Below, piece after piece: positions 41,631 to 53,687 of a DNA stretch of 64,000 bases. This DNA is from Callorhinchus milii (taxonomy: Eukaryota), in the NCBI RefSeq assembly GCF_018977255.1, contig NW_024704742.1, positions 54,252,001 to 54,316,000 on the forward strand. Direction: 5' to 3'. The notes beneath the pieces are model-generated. The model saw only the letters and a list, made by a program, of their open reading frames with translations. It did not search any database and was not told the origin of the DNA. Every line of letters begins with the position of its first letter. The first letter of the stretch is position 1. The translations under genes and the position numbers were made by a program.

Positions 41631-43057
41631 TTGTATGGTTCAATGAAAACCCAAATCAGACATTGCCCTTACTGTAGAATAACTCATAATATTCTGAATG
41701 TCACGAATCAAAACTAAAGTAATACCAGCTATAAAATTGATCTTGCATTCAAAACTGGCCATTTCTAAGCCTTTAAGTTGCTCAATATAATGAGCAAAAA
41801 ATGGAAAATCCTTTCTACCTCAATGATAACAATAAAAGTGTGCTGTAGGTAGCAGACACTTGATAATTATTAATGACAAGATTATGACCCTGTAGATGCT
41901 TGGCCCTGTAAGATAATTTATTTTCTGCAAAATGTTAGACGCAAAATTATTATACTAAGTTACAATAATTATACTCAGCTGTCTCAGATGGTAGCACTCT
42001 ATCTTATGGGACAGAAGATTATGAGTTTCTTTGCAATATCAGGACTTGAGCTTGTATTCTAGGCTGATACTTCAATACATTACTATGAGGTCAACGGCCC
42101 AACCTGGGGCTTGAACCCACAATCTTCTGACTCAAAGACATTACTACTATATTTTCCATTTGGGCAGTGACTTTACCAACTGAGCCTTCAGAGAAAGTCT
42201 GAAATTAATAATTCCAATAAAGTTGCTCACATATTTAACCCCCTTATTATGCATTCATATAAGATCAACTGTTCCTCTCATTTTAGATAAATTATTTCCC
42301 CACTAATTCATATCACTACGTTTATAGAAATTACTGTGAAGGGCTTTGCAACATTTTGATGAAATAGTAAGGTACTATATTAATTGCAAGGATTATTATT
42401 TAGTTCATTATTAACAATATTGAACATGAAAAGGGATATTTTGAGAATTAAAGTACAATCTAATCTTGCTTTGTAACACACACAAGCATACTTATTGGAA
42501 TGGAGATAACAGCAGCTGGCAACAGGACTTTTATATGAGGAAATATGTAAAAATATTATCCTTTAAAAATGAATAAGTCAAATAAGGCTAATGTTTGCTC
42601 ATGAATATCTAAGGACTTATTTAAACCCATTAAATTGAGAGCTTCTAATCTATCTAGATCAGATCTCTTATTTCAGTCAACTCAAACATAAAACTGTCCT
42701 CATTGCAATCTCATAAAGAAAATTATGTTGCAATGTTCACTTAACAAGCAATAATACATATAATGAAGGAATAATAAATATAATGAAGGACATTACATTT
42801 TTCTCTTCTTCATTAGGATTGTTAAGATTTATAAACATTTTTCCAGTTCTGAAATGCTTTGTGACCTCCAAAATGTCTTTATTTCTCTTTGTACTAACAG
42901 CACAGAAAAAGCTTTCCAGAAATGTGCTACATTGAGAGGTCCAATTCATTAATCGGAGCTTAAGAAAATATAGAAATAATCTCCACAATCAAAATGTTGG
43001 TAAAAAGAATCATGTGGAAAATTCTCCAAAGCACACAGCTTTGCAAATGTAAGGTAA

Positions 43058-43470
43058 GCTTGGCTCAGTTGATAGCATCCTCGCTCTGAGTCAAAAGGTT
43101 GTGGTTGGAGCCCCATATCAGGATTTGGAATCCATGTAGTCTTTGCTGGTACTCCAATACAGTGCAGTGTATTGTCAGAGGTGCCAATCTTTGAATGATA
43201 CTTTAAACAAAGTATCAGTCTGCCTCATGTGGATGTTAAAGATCTCGTGGCACTACTTGAAAAGAGAGGATAATTTCTCTCAGTGTCCTGGAGAACAATC
43301 TCTTAAATAAAATTGATCATCAACTCTGTGGCCGTTTGTGGGACATTGCTGTGCACAATTTGGCTGCTTTCACTCACAAAGCACAATCACTACACTTTAC
43401 AGTATATCCTGTTCAGAGCTTTGAAACATCTCAAATGTTGATATCAAATGCAAGGATAATTATATTATTA
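43058..43470 (+). mobile_element. Type B Deu-domain tRNA-SINE (SacSINE1-like), near full length
   Basis: Head ggctcagttgatagcatcctcgctctgagtcaaaaggttgtgg, longer body (gtggatgttaaagatctcgtggcactac), same Deu core and tail as type A. Confidence 0.8.
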
Positions 43471-44469
43471 TATTCAGCTAAGATACTCCTGGTCCTGCCT
43501 GCAACAGTCCCAGATTAAAGCTCTACATTTATTTGATGACTAGTACATGAAATATCAAAAACCACATCTTTGTGATCATACATTGCCCCTTAATAGACTT
43601 TTTTTTCGCTCCATCTCGGGTAATGGGCTTTCCACCAACATTTGCCTCAAGCTCACTGACTTCAAGAACTCCTAAAAAGCACAATTCGGATGAAGGGTCA
43701 TACGAAGGGCCATATTGGAAACATTAATCTATCATTTTCCATTACTTTCCAGCATCTTATTTTTTATAAATCAATTTGTACTTAGTTTGAAAAATAAATA
43801 ATCATCTTGGAAGTCAAGTCTAAAAGAAATTTAGTGATTAGTTTAACAGTATGTGGAATCTGACATATCAGGCCTGAAGTCTAACCAAGCGTCATACAAT
43901 TGAAACTTATTCCTAACCCTAACTGGCTTTTTATTTCTAACAAAGTAATCCTCACGTCTTATCTATATAATATAATAAAAGCTAGAAACTATGCCTTATT
44001 AATATTGCAGAGAAATACTGTTGTAGGTTCAGAAATTTACCATCTTGCAAAAACATGACTGAATTAAATGCATATCTACACAATCCTGTCTATGGACTTA
44101 GTTTCACCAAATACTCAAAACAGCATCTTCCTAAATAGTAACACACTTTGCAAATTGATTCTTGAACTTTAAACCTTTTGAGTAACGGGGATGGTCAAGT
44201 GGAAATGGGGAGTATTGGCCAAACTTGGCTGACACAAAGTGAATAGTAAATTCACTTTACAGTATATTCTGTGAAGCACTTTGAGATGTCTCAACGACAT
44301 AGTAAGACGCTATAGTCAATAATAATTCTTGCATTTGATTTAGATCCTTATCACGTTGTTGAGACATCTCAGAATATACTGAATATAGTGAATTGACTAT
44401 TTTGTTGGCAAAATATTAGTAGTAGTAGTATTAGAAGTAATGCAGCATTGTAGGCAGTGCTTTGATTCA

Positions 44470-44840
44470 GATGAGGCGTGACCTGAGAAAGGGCTTTACA
44501 ATTATGAGGGTTTTATAGAGTCAATAGGGAGAAATGATTTCCACAGGCTGGTTAGTTAGTAACTAAAGGGATCAATTTAAGATAGTTAGTAAATGAGCAA
44601 ATGGGGAGGCAAGGAGAATTCTTTCATGCACAGAGTAGTTAGCATATAGAATGCCCTGCCGGGAGCGGAAGTTGAGCCAAAATCCATATTGGTCTTTAAG
44701 AGGGAACAAGACAAATACCTTAAAAAGAGTCAGCTAAAGGGAATTGGGGAAAGGGTAGGTAAGTGGGATTGAAATGATTGCTCTTGAGGGAACCAGCACA
44801 AACGTGATGGGATGAGTGATCTTCTGTGCCGTAAATTTCT
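44470..44840 (+). mobile_element. CR1 LINE 3' end
   Basis: Degenerate ORF2 C-terminus and 3' UTR. Related fragments at 25490-25895 (+), 17450-17800 (-), 20310-20545 (-) and ~3190-3700 (-; PANYRPxSLTS). Confidence 0.7.
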
Positions 44841-45639
44841 CTGGTCCTATTCATCTAAATAGGCAGATGGGGCCTTGGTTTAACATCTCATCCAAATAAT
44901 GGCACCTCTGACATTACAATGAACCCCAGCATTGCATTGGTCAATCTAGCTTGGAGCTTAAGGCCCTGACGTGAGCCTTGAAACTAACAGTCTTCCAACT
45001 CAGAGGCAAGGGTGTCACCAAGCAACCCTGACTGACATTCTGGCCTGAAAAGCAGGTCTGAACCTACAAATCCTGCCGATGAGCCAGGCTGGCTGGTTTG
45101 TCATCAGCAGGGCCTTGGACTACCATGTGGCTCAGGTACCAGACTATCAAGACTGCCCCAGGAGGTCAACAACAACAACAACAAGATTACATTTGTATAG
45201 CACCTTTCACATCAGGAGGATGTCCACAGTGTACAGCATTTCAGACCCGAGCTGGAATTGGCGGGGGGGAGAAGGGAGGGGAGGGGAAGGGGGGTGGCCA
45301 ATGGCATGGTTGAAGAGGAGGGTCTTGAGGTGGGACTTGAAGGAGGCTAAGGAGGGGGCGAGGTGGAGTGACTGGGGGATGGAATTCCAGAGGTTGGAGG
45401 CAGAGTGACTGAAGGCTCTCCCGCCAATGGTGCGGCGGGTGCAGCAGCTCAAGTTTTACATTCCATTGTGAAGCACATCACCTTGGAGTCAGCTCAGTAA
45501 CAAGGAGATCTTGCTTATCTCTCTCCACCCCCCCCTCCCCCCATCAAGGATTGACTTAACTGCAATTATTGTAAAACTCGACATCTCATGATGTGAAATT
45601 TCAACCTTACAGGTACTCTATCAAACGCAAGGAGTTTTA

Positions 45640-46055
45640 TAATAATATAATCTTTGCATTTGATATTAACACTTTACCACATCAAGACATCTCAAATGCT
45701 TCACTGTAAAATGAATTAACTGTGTATTTTGTGGGCATAATGTCACAGCCAGTTGCAAACAGGAATATCCCACAAACAGCCATGGAGTGAGTGACCCAAT
45801 TTTATTTGGGGCATTATTGCCAAGACACCAGGAGACACTCCCTTCTCTTTTCAAATGGTGCCATAGGATCCTTAACATCCACTTGGATAGTAAATAGAAC
45901 CTGGATTCTATTTATCACATCTCATCTGCACATCTCATCTGCAGGACGGCACCTTCGACAATCATCTCCCAACACTGCATTGCAATGGGAGCTTAGACTA
46001 TGTGATTTTAAATCTCAATGTGGGGCTTGAACCCACAACCTTCTGACTCGGAGGC
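45640..46055 (-). mobile_element. Type B SINE
   Basis: Reverse complement of the 43058-43470 family. Confidence 0.8.
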
Positions 46056-46059
46056 AACG

Positions 46060-47550
46060 ACAAATTGGATTTATATAGCACCCTCCACGCCGGACGGCAT
46101 CTCAGAGCGCTTCACAGTAACGGATCCCAGGGCCCAGCCAGGGGGAGGGGGAGGAAAGTGACTAAAGACGTGATCAAAAAGAAAGGTCTTCAGCAAAGAC
46201 CTGAAAATAGGAAGAGAGGGGGCGAGACGAATGGAGTGAAGAAGGGAGTTCCAGTGCCTCGGGGCATACTTGCTGAAGGCACGACCGCCGAGGGTGGAAC
46301 GGAGGACTCGGGGGACGAGGAGGAGGCCAGACCCGGAGGAACGAAGGCATTGGGCACTGTTCTGAGGAGAGAGGAGGTCAGAGAGGTAGGGGGCCTGTGG
46401 AGGGGTGGAGAGATTTGAAGACAAGGGTGAGGATCTTGAAATCGATCCTCTCTGGGACAGGGAGCCAGTGCAGTCTGGCAAGGACTGGGATAATCGGGGA
46501 GCGGAGTTTCGTATGGGTGAGAATGCAGGCGGCAGAGTTTTGAATAATCTGAATTTTATGAATGGTAGAGGAGGGGAGGCTGGTGAGGAGGGCATTTGGT
46601 TAGTCCAGCTGAGAGGTGACAAAGGCATGGACCAGGGTTTCAGTGGCTTTCGGAGAGAGATATTGGCGATGCGTCGGAGGTGGAAGAAAGCGGTGCTGGT
46701 GAGGGACTGGATGTGGGGGAGAAAGGATAATTGGGGGTCGAACCTGACGTCTAGGTTACGTACAGGTTGGGAGAGTTTTAGGAGGAGGTCAGGTAGGTGG
46801 AGGAGGTGAGAACCGTGAGATTTTAGACGTTGACAAGAGCCAAAGAGTATGGCTTCTGTCTTGTTCAGCTGAAGGAAATTTGCTCTCATCCAGCCCCTGA
46901 GGTCTAACAGGTAGGCGGACAGAATATCAGGGGACTGGGGGTCGCAAAGAGAGGAAGAAAAATAGAGTTGGGTGTCGTCCGCATACATGTGGCAATGTAC
47001 TCCATGTCTGCGGATGATATCCTCAAGAGGGAGCATGCAGATCAGAAAGAGGAGTGGGCCAAGGATGGATCCTTGGGGTACCCCGCAGGTAACCGGGTGA
47101 GAGCGGGAGGAGAAGCCGTTTGTGCAGATGTACTGCTGGCTGTTTGTGAGGTAGGACTCGAACCAGGCGAGTGCGGTCCCTCTGAGATGGATGACGGAGG
47201 AAAGGCGGTGGAGGAGGATGGCGTGATCGACTGTGTTGACTACCGCGAAGAGGTCCAGGAGGACAAGGAGTCAGAGGGAGCCCTGGTCACAGATAGAGAG
47301 GATTTGTGACTTTCACAAGCGCAGTCTCTGTACTGTGCACAGGGCAGAAACCGGACTGGAGGGGTTCGAAGAGGAAGTAGGAGGAGAGGTGTGCGCGAAA
47401 TTGATTGGCAACAACGCATTCTAGGATTTTTGCGAGAAAGGGCAGGTTAGAAAACGGGCAGTAGTGGCTGGGGTTTGAGGGATCTAAGGAAGGTTTTTTG
47501 AGGAGGGGGTGATGACAGCAGTTTTGAGGGAGGCAGGGACTGATCCGGAG
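46060..47550 (-). mobile_element. L2 of a second subfamily, RT region to tail
   Basis: [42 protein letters not shown]; diverged from the other L2 copies. Confidence 0.92.
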
Positions 47551-48056
47551 GAATGGGTAGGCAACAGGATTACCACTGTACCAGATCGACTACTTATTAT
47601 ATTCCTTCCTAAAATAGTTGCATAAAATTAAAATAACACTAAAGTTAACTATAACCAACTCCACAATGCAATGTAATGTAACTAAAAATGACAAGTTAGT
47701 ACATAAGGGATTAAAATAAATTTAGGAATATACTTGAACAGTATGGTTGCTGTCTAGAATAAAACATAAATCCAACATCCAAACATAGTGGAGAAAAACA
47801 CCAACATAAGGATACTGCAGGGATGAGCACAAGCAATATTTCAGTAAGTGACTCAGCAATACATAGCATGGTAGACACATAGCAGTACATACAACATTGA
47901 CAGTTGCTTTACCCTAAAATGGTTTAGCGGTCCAGGACATGTGTATCCCAGCAATCCAGAGCCTGGTACAGTCATCAACAACAATATTGCTTTTAAGTGC
48001 TCTGAGTCTGTCCTGCGTGGAGGGCGCTATATAAGTGCAAGATGTTGTTGTTTCGT

Positions 48057-48215
48057 CTAATTTGGCAATTGGACATTGACCAGCGAGAAGCAAGCAGGAA
48101 GCATGAAAGGATTCTAGGAAAGTGACTGGGCAAAGTGTTGAAGAGAGTGAAAGTGTAAGGTGGAAATAAAGGAGCTATTGAATCTAAACTGAGTTGTGGA
48201 TTAACAAATAATACA
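48057..48215 (+). repeat. Gypsy 5' LTR (5' end lost next to an L2 tail)
   Basis: Aligns to 50824-50960, ends in CA, contains AATAAA. Confidence 0.85.
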
Positions 48216-48228
48216 TGGTGTCAGGAGT
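48216..48228 (+). other. Primer-binding site, tRNA-Leu type
   Basis: TGGTGTCAGGAGT immediately after the LTR CA; complementary to the 3' end of vertebrate tRNA-Leu(CAG). Confidence 0.75.
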
Positions 48229-50803
48229 AAAAATAGAACCTGGAGTGAAACAGCTATAAGATTGAATTCGGATTGAAAAGCAAAATGCAGAGAGAAGCAG
48301 AACTGAATACTGTTCCAAGGTATGTACAGATACCAAGACCACTAAAGTTGGTTGTAAGTTTACGGCACAATTGGAAAGTGACTTTAACATTTTTGGATTA
48401 GCCAACAAATATAATGAAACTGCTGCAGAGAGTCTGTGATCTTTTTGAATATGGCAGGCGAGGAAGCAAGGGAATATTTTGCAACCCTAGAGAGAGGTGG
48501 ACATGCCATTATAGGAAATGATGACGATTATAATGGGAAGAAACTGTGGGGAAATTAATTTAATAATTGACCGATTTAAATTTGAAACAAGAAAGTGGGC
48601 ACCCACAGAATCATTGAATTAATGCTGTGCAGTACTAAGATCCCCAAGTAAAAGTTGTAATTACAGAACATTAAGAGAGGAAATGGTATAGGGACATCCT
48701 CCCGATGTGAAAGGCACTATATGAATATAATTTTGTTGTTGTTGGTGGTGATACGGAACCAGATTATAGCTGGGGTAAAAGATAATAGATTACGAGGAAA
48801 GCTTTCCATTTGGTCTCATTTTTCTTTCAGTCTTTTTTTCATTGCCTCCGGTATTCTCCTTAATGGCTGAATTTCTGGTGGTACTGTCTCTTTCAACCTT
48901 ATTGTGTGATCTCCTTTCATTAATCCTCTCTTCCTGAACACTTGTTTATATTTTCCTACTATTTCTTTCGTCTCCCTTGCTTCACTTTCCTCTATTTTCA
49001 AGTTCTGAATTATTTTTAACATAGAGAGTTCATGTGAGAAAAAGAACAGAAAAAAGCATTTCAGCAAATAAGAGGCTATAACGAAAGCTCCAGTGTTAAA
49101 ATTTTATGATGTACATGTGCCAGTTAAAATATCTGTCGACGCAAGTAAAACAGGGTAGGAGTGGTACTAACTCAAGAAGAAAAGATTATAGCATATGCAT
49201 TGAGAGCTCTATCAGAAATAGAAAAAAATATACACACAGATAGAGAAGAAGTGTTTAGCAGTCGTATTTGGATGCAAGAGATTTAAACAATATGTATTTG
49301 GAAAGAAAGTAATAATAGAAAATGATCACAACAACAACAAGATTCCATTTATAGAGCGCCTTTCACGTCGGGAGGACGTCCCAATCACAAACCATTGGAG
49401 GCAATTTTTTGGAATGGACTGAACAAAACACTGCCTTGGTTACAGTAAGTGAGAATAAAGCTACAAAGGTGCAATTTAGAGTTTAGATATAAGCCAGGAA
49501 ATACCTTATAAGTGGCACATAAACTAAGTAGGGCCACATGTCAAAATGGGAACAATGAAGATAAACAATTAGAAAAAGAAATGGAATTCCAGGTATGGGA
49601 AATCACAAAAGCATCAAGACTTCAGAATGTAATAATAGAAGCAAACAAAAAATAAAATGAGTATGGAAATTCAAACGATGTTGGCCAGGAAATAGAAAAG
49701 ATGCACCAGAGGAGGTATGATCATATTGGCAGTATAGAAATGAAATATATCAGAAAAAAGGAATGATATACAGAGGGTATAGGACAATAATTCCAAGAGA
49801 GTTAAGAAAGCAATGTTGAGAAAATTATATGAAGGGCATTGGGGAATAGCAAAAGTAAAGAGAAGAGCAACAAATTGAGGACTACATAGGAAAGTATGAG
49901 ACATGCTCTGGACAGCGAAAGGCATGAACCTTTAATGAGGCATCAGAGTCCAAACACAGCATGGACAAAACTAGAAACAGATTTATTCTGTTATAATGGA
50001 AAATATTATTTATTAATAGTAGACTATACCTCAAGATATAGTGAATATGCAGAATTAAATGATACAACACAGAAACAGTAATAGACAAGACTAAAGAAAT
50101 ATTAGCCAGGCATGGAATACCAAAGGAATTAATATGTGATAATGAGCCACAATTTGTGAGTGCTGAATATAAAAAATTCAAATAACAGTGGGACATAGAC
50201 TACAGAACATCATCACCAGGATATCCACAAAGCAATGGGATGGTGGAAAGAACTGTACAGACAATACAGAAAATGTGGAGGAAAGCTGAGGAATCAAAGG
50301 AAGATAAACATTTGGCACTACTAGCCTACAGAAATACGCCGATAGATGACCAGGGACAGTCACCGGCACAGATGGTGATGTCCAGAAGAGTAAGAGATGG
50401 GTTAATATGGGAGGAGACAAAATTGAGACCACAGGTACAGAGAAAGTGGAGAAGACGAGGGTAAGAACCATAGAAGGAAAAAACTTTCAAAAAAGGAGAA
50501 GCCATATGGTTTCGGAGGTTAATCTTAAAAACAGAAGGATAGATAAAAGGAAAAATTTGGGGGAAAGATAAGAAACCCCAGATCATATTGGCTAAAAGAT
50601 GAAAATGGAAAGGTATGTAGACAAACATCATGGGAGATAAAACAACAAAAAAAGAAAATACAGGAGGAAAACGAAAAGCAGAAGGAAGATCAAGGAGTGG
50701 CAGAAGCAGTAAGAACAACCAGATGAGAAGAGAAATAATAAGACCACAAAGAATGATAGAACAAGATTGGAAAAAAGAAGAGAAGAAGCTAAAAGAAGGA
50801 AGA

Positions 50804-50968
50804 TGTTGCATATTGTTTGAAGGCTAAATTAGCAATTGGACATTGACCAATTCGAAGCAAGCAGGAAGCATAAAAGGGTTCTGGGAAAGTGACTGAGCAG
50901 AGTGTTGAAGAGAGTGGAAGTTTGAAATAAAAGCCTGGATTTTTCAAACTGGGTTAAATTTTGCTCAG
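50804..50968 (+). repeat. Gypsy 3' LTR
   Basis: Starts TG right after the polypurine tract AAAAGAAGGAAGA (50791-50803). Confidence 0.85.
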
Positions 50969-50984
50969 TCATTGGGAAAAAGAA

Positions 50985-52275
50985 GAGTACTTTTTTGTCT
51001 ACTACATAGAACCCTTTGCACAGGTCATCAGGAGGGAGGAGAGCATCAGAGGTGTCACTATCCCAGGTAGACACAGCTCACAACTCAAGGTTTTCCTGTG
51101 TATGGATGATGTTATCGTCTTTTGCCCTGACTCACGATCGATTGCAAGCCTGCTGGGCATCTGCGACCGGTTTGAACAGGCTTCAGGCACCAGAGCCGAT
51201 CAACAGAAAAGCAAGGCGATGTACTTCGGCAACTGGCAAGAATGTAAATGTATAACATTTGTGGTCAGGCTGGATTACATCATATTCCTCTGCTTCTGGT
51301 TTGGGACTATCGGAGTTTGCAAACAAAATTGAGATGAACGGATAATGAGCGGACTAAACTAGGGAGATGGCAACAGCGCTCACTGTCAATTACTGGAAAA
51401 AATCTGGTGATTCAGTGCGAGGTGATCTCTGATTTGTTGTACTTGGCGCAAGTCTGGCCTTTGACCAAGAACAGGTACCTTTGCAGTCACCAGAAACATT
51501 TTTTGCTTTATGTAGAAATCTGGGATGTCTGCAGAGCCATGATGTACAAGACTCCAGATAAGGGAAATGAAGGTGTCCCAGACATGGCCTGGATTCTCAG
51601 AGCCACTTTCATGAGCAGCTGAGTGAGAATATGGCCGGAGCCCTGCTATGCAGGTTCTGTGTACTGATACATGCTGGGCTTCTATCTGTCCCCAGTGTTA
51701 AGGATGGGGCTGGTGGGCCTGCTGCAGAACATTCCTCTCAGCTGGATCATCCCAAGGTATTTAGCCAAAATAGAAAAATTCCTGTCCAGGAACACTGTGG
51801 ATCCTGTGGGATTACCAAGTGGTGAGTACAGCAGGTGATAGGCATCGTCCAGGAGAGAAAGAGGTGAGGGAAATGATAGTTGAGTTCCCTTAGGCAACTG
51901 TCAACCAGATCTGGGCAAACGTCTCATCACCGGCCCTGTCCAACAAACACCAGGACATGGCCTGGATGGCAGTCAAAAGAGCCCTCCCTCTCCGGGCTTT
52001 TATGCACTGTAGAGGCTTGGGCCGGATTGCACGCTGCCCTCGGGAGGGTTGCGGAAGTGAGGAGAGTGTGAAGCACTTCTTCCAGCAGTGCACATACACC
52101 AAGGAGGTGTGGAAAAGGACACAGTGGCTACTCTCACGTTTGTCCTGGGAGTTCCGCTGTCACGGCATCCTGTGCTGTACGGCCTCTTCCCGGGGAAGCA
52201 CAGAGACACTGACATCAAATGTGTTTGGAGGGTCATCAACTCGGCGAAGGAAGCCCTTTGGGACTGCTGAAACCA
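50985..52275 (+). mobile_element. Tx1/L1-clade LINE ORF2 fragment
   Basis: IEPFAQVIR..IRGVTIPG..LCMDDVIVF (RT YxDD region), C-terminal CPREGC..ESVKHFFQQC zinc knuckle, VLYGLFPG..INSAKEALW; stops and frameshifts. Confidence 0.85.
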
Positions 52276-52279
52276 GATG

Positions 52280-52490
52280 GATCTCGAACTGTATGCTCTG
52301 TGTGATGGGAAGCCAGTGGAGTCGGGCGAGGATGGGAGGGATAGGGTCACAGAGCCTAATGCAGAAGAGGATATGGGCTGCAGAGTTCTGGATGATCTGC
52401 AGTCTTTGGAGAGAGGAGTCGGGGAGGCCACCAAGTAGAGAGTTTGCATAGTCCAGCCTGTATGTTATGAATGCGTGTATGAGTGTATAA
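52280..52490 (-). mobile_element. L2 fragment abutting the Tx1-like element
   Basis: RLDYANSLLGG...LQIIQNSAAH...LHWLP. Other short L2 ends at ~10160, 23270, 36783, 45168 and 61670. Confidence 0.8.
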
Positions 52491-53079
52491 ACAAGACCAT
52501 GCGTGATTGATTAAATAGAGGAATTGGCCAGGCCCTCAGCAGCATGCAATACAGAGCTTCAGCACTGTACTATAAGGACTGCAACTTTGAATAGTTACTT
52601 GCTAATTGCTTGTTGCTGAACTAAATGCTTTGGCCTAATAAATATCTGTAGAACTAATTTGCTGTATTACTGAAGTGAGAGTTTCTCTGAAGTATTGGTC
52701 TGAAGGGATGGAGGCAATAGTAGGGAAAGTATGCTCCCAAGCTGTTTTTGGATATTTTCTGATAGCTTTCAATAATCAGTAACATTATTAAGAAAATAGC
52801 CCAAAAAGCCAGCATTGTTTCCTTGTACTTCAGCTTCGATTTAACAACAGAAAATGAAAAGTTATTGATGATTCTTAAAGAGTTGCTTTACTTCACAAAC
52901 CAATTGGTAAAGAGCTATTTTTTGGCTGTGGAAAGATTGTTTTTTGCCTTTCATCGGCAGGTAAAGCCAGAAATTAAATACTAAGCAAAACACAAGTTGG
53001 AAGCTCTAGAGGCTTTAAAGTATTACCTGTGTTGCTTTAATGCTGAGCTAAATTGCTAAATCAGTTGAGTTTGGATCCC

Positions 53080-53600
53080 CAAACATCATGTATAGTACTC
53101 TGGTCAGATCTCACCATAACATAACAGGGTTGCCCACACCCTAGAGATTAGTACAGAGGGAGCAACAAGAATAATCCCCAGTGTTAGTGGATTAAGCCAT
53201 AAGCAATGATTAAACAAGCTAGAACTCTTCAGTCTTAAGAGAAGATAACTCAGGAGATCTCATAGGCATGTATAACATTTTAAGTGAGATTGAAAAAGTA
53301 AACCCGAGTCAATATTTGAGGATGCAGCATGTCAGCAGACCAAAAGGATGTAAGTTTAGAGTTGTAAATGGCAATTTGAGGACGGTAACCATGAAGATTG
53401 TCTTTACGCAGAGGATAATTAATGACTGGATCAACTTGCCAGGAAAGATGTTGGAGGCCAGGACATGAGAATCATTTTATAAAAAAAAACCAGCTTCGTG
53501 CTTTGGTGGGGGGAAGGCAGGGTGAGTGTTCTGGAGGGATGAGATCAGATGTCCTGAAGGGTCTTCTTCATCCAAACCAATTTTGTGATCTTGCGAATCA
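53080..53600 (+). mobile_element. CR1 LINE 3' end
   Basis: LELFSLKRR*LRRDLIGMYNIL...VFTQRIINDWINLP, the CR1 ORF2 C-terminal signature. Confidence 0.8.
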
Positions 53601-53668
53601 TGTCAATCAGGTCAACACGGACAATCATGTTGCCTGACAAGGGAGAGTCCATTTTGTGGGAGGGGAAG

Positions 53669-53687
53669 TGCTGCCACCTAGTGGTTA
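53669..53687 (-). promoter_or_regulatory. CTCF-binding motif
   Basis: Minus strand reads CCACTAGGTGGCAGCA, a near-consensus CTCF core. Confidence 0.65.

Larger units (their letters stand above)
48057..50968 (+). mobile_element. Decayed Ty3/Gypsy LTR retrotransposon
   Basis: Two homologous LTRs; PBS; gag relic (NQIIAGVKDNRLRGKL); RNase H (VDASKTG..IIAYA..YTQIEKKCLAVVFG..ENDHKPL); integrase (TDLF..YLLIVDYTSRY, HGIPKELICDNEPQF, SPGYPQSNGMVERTVQTI); PPT. RNase H before integrase is the Gypsy order. Confidence 0.93.
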
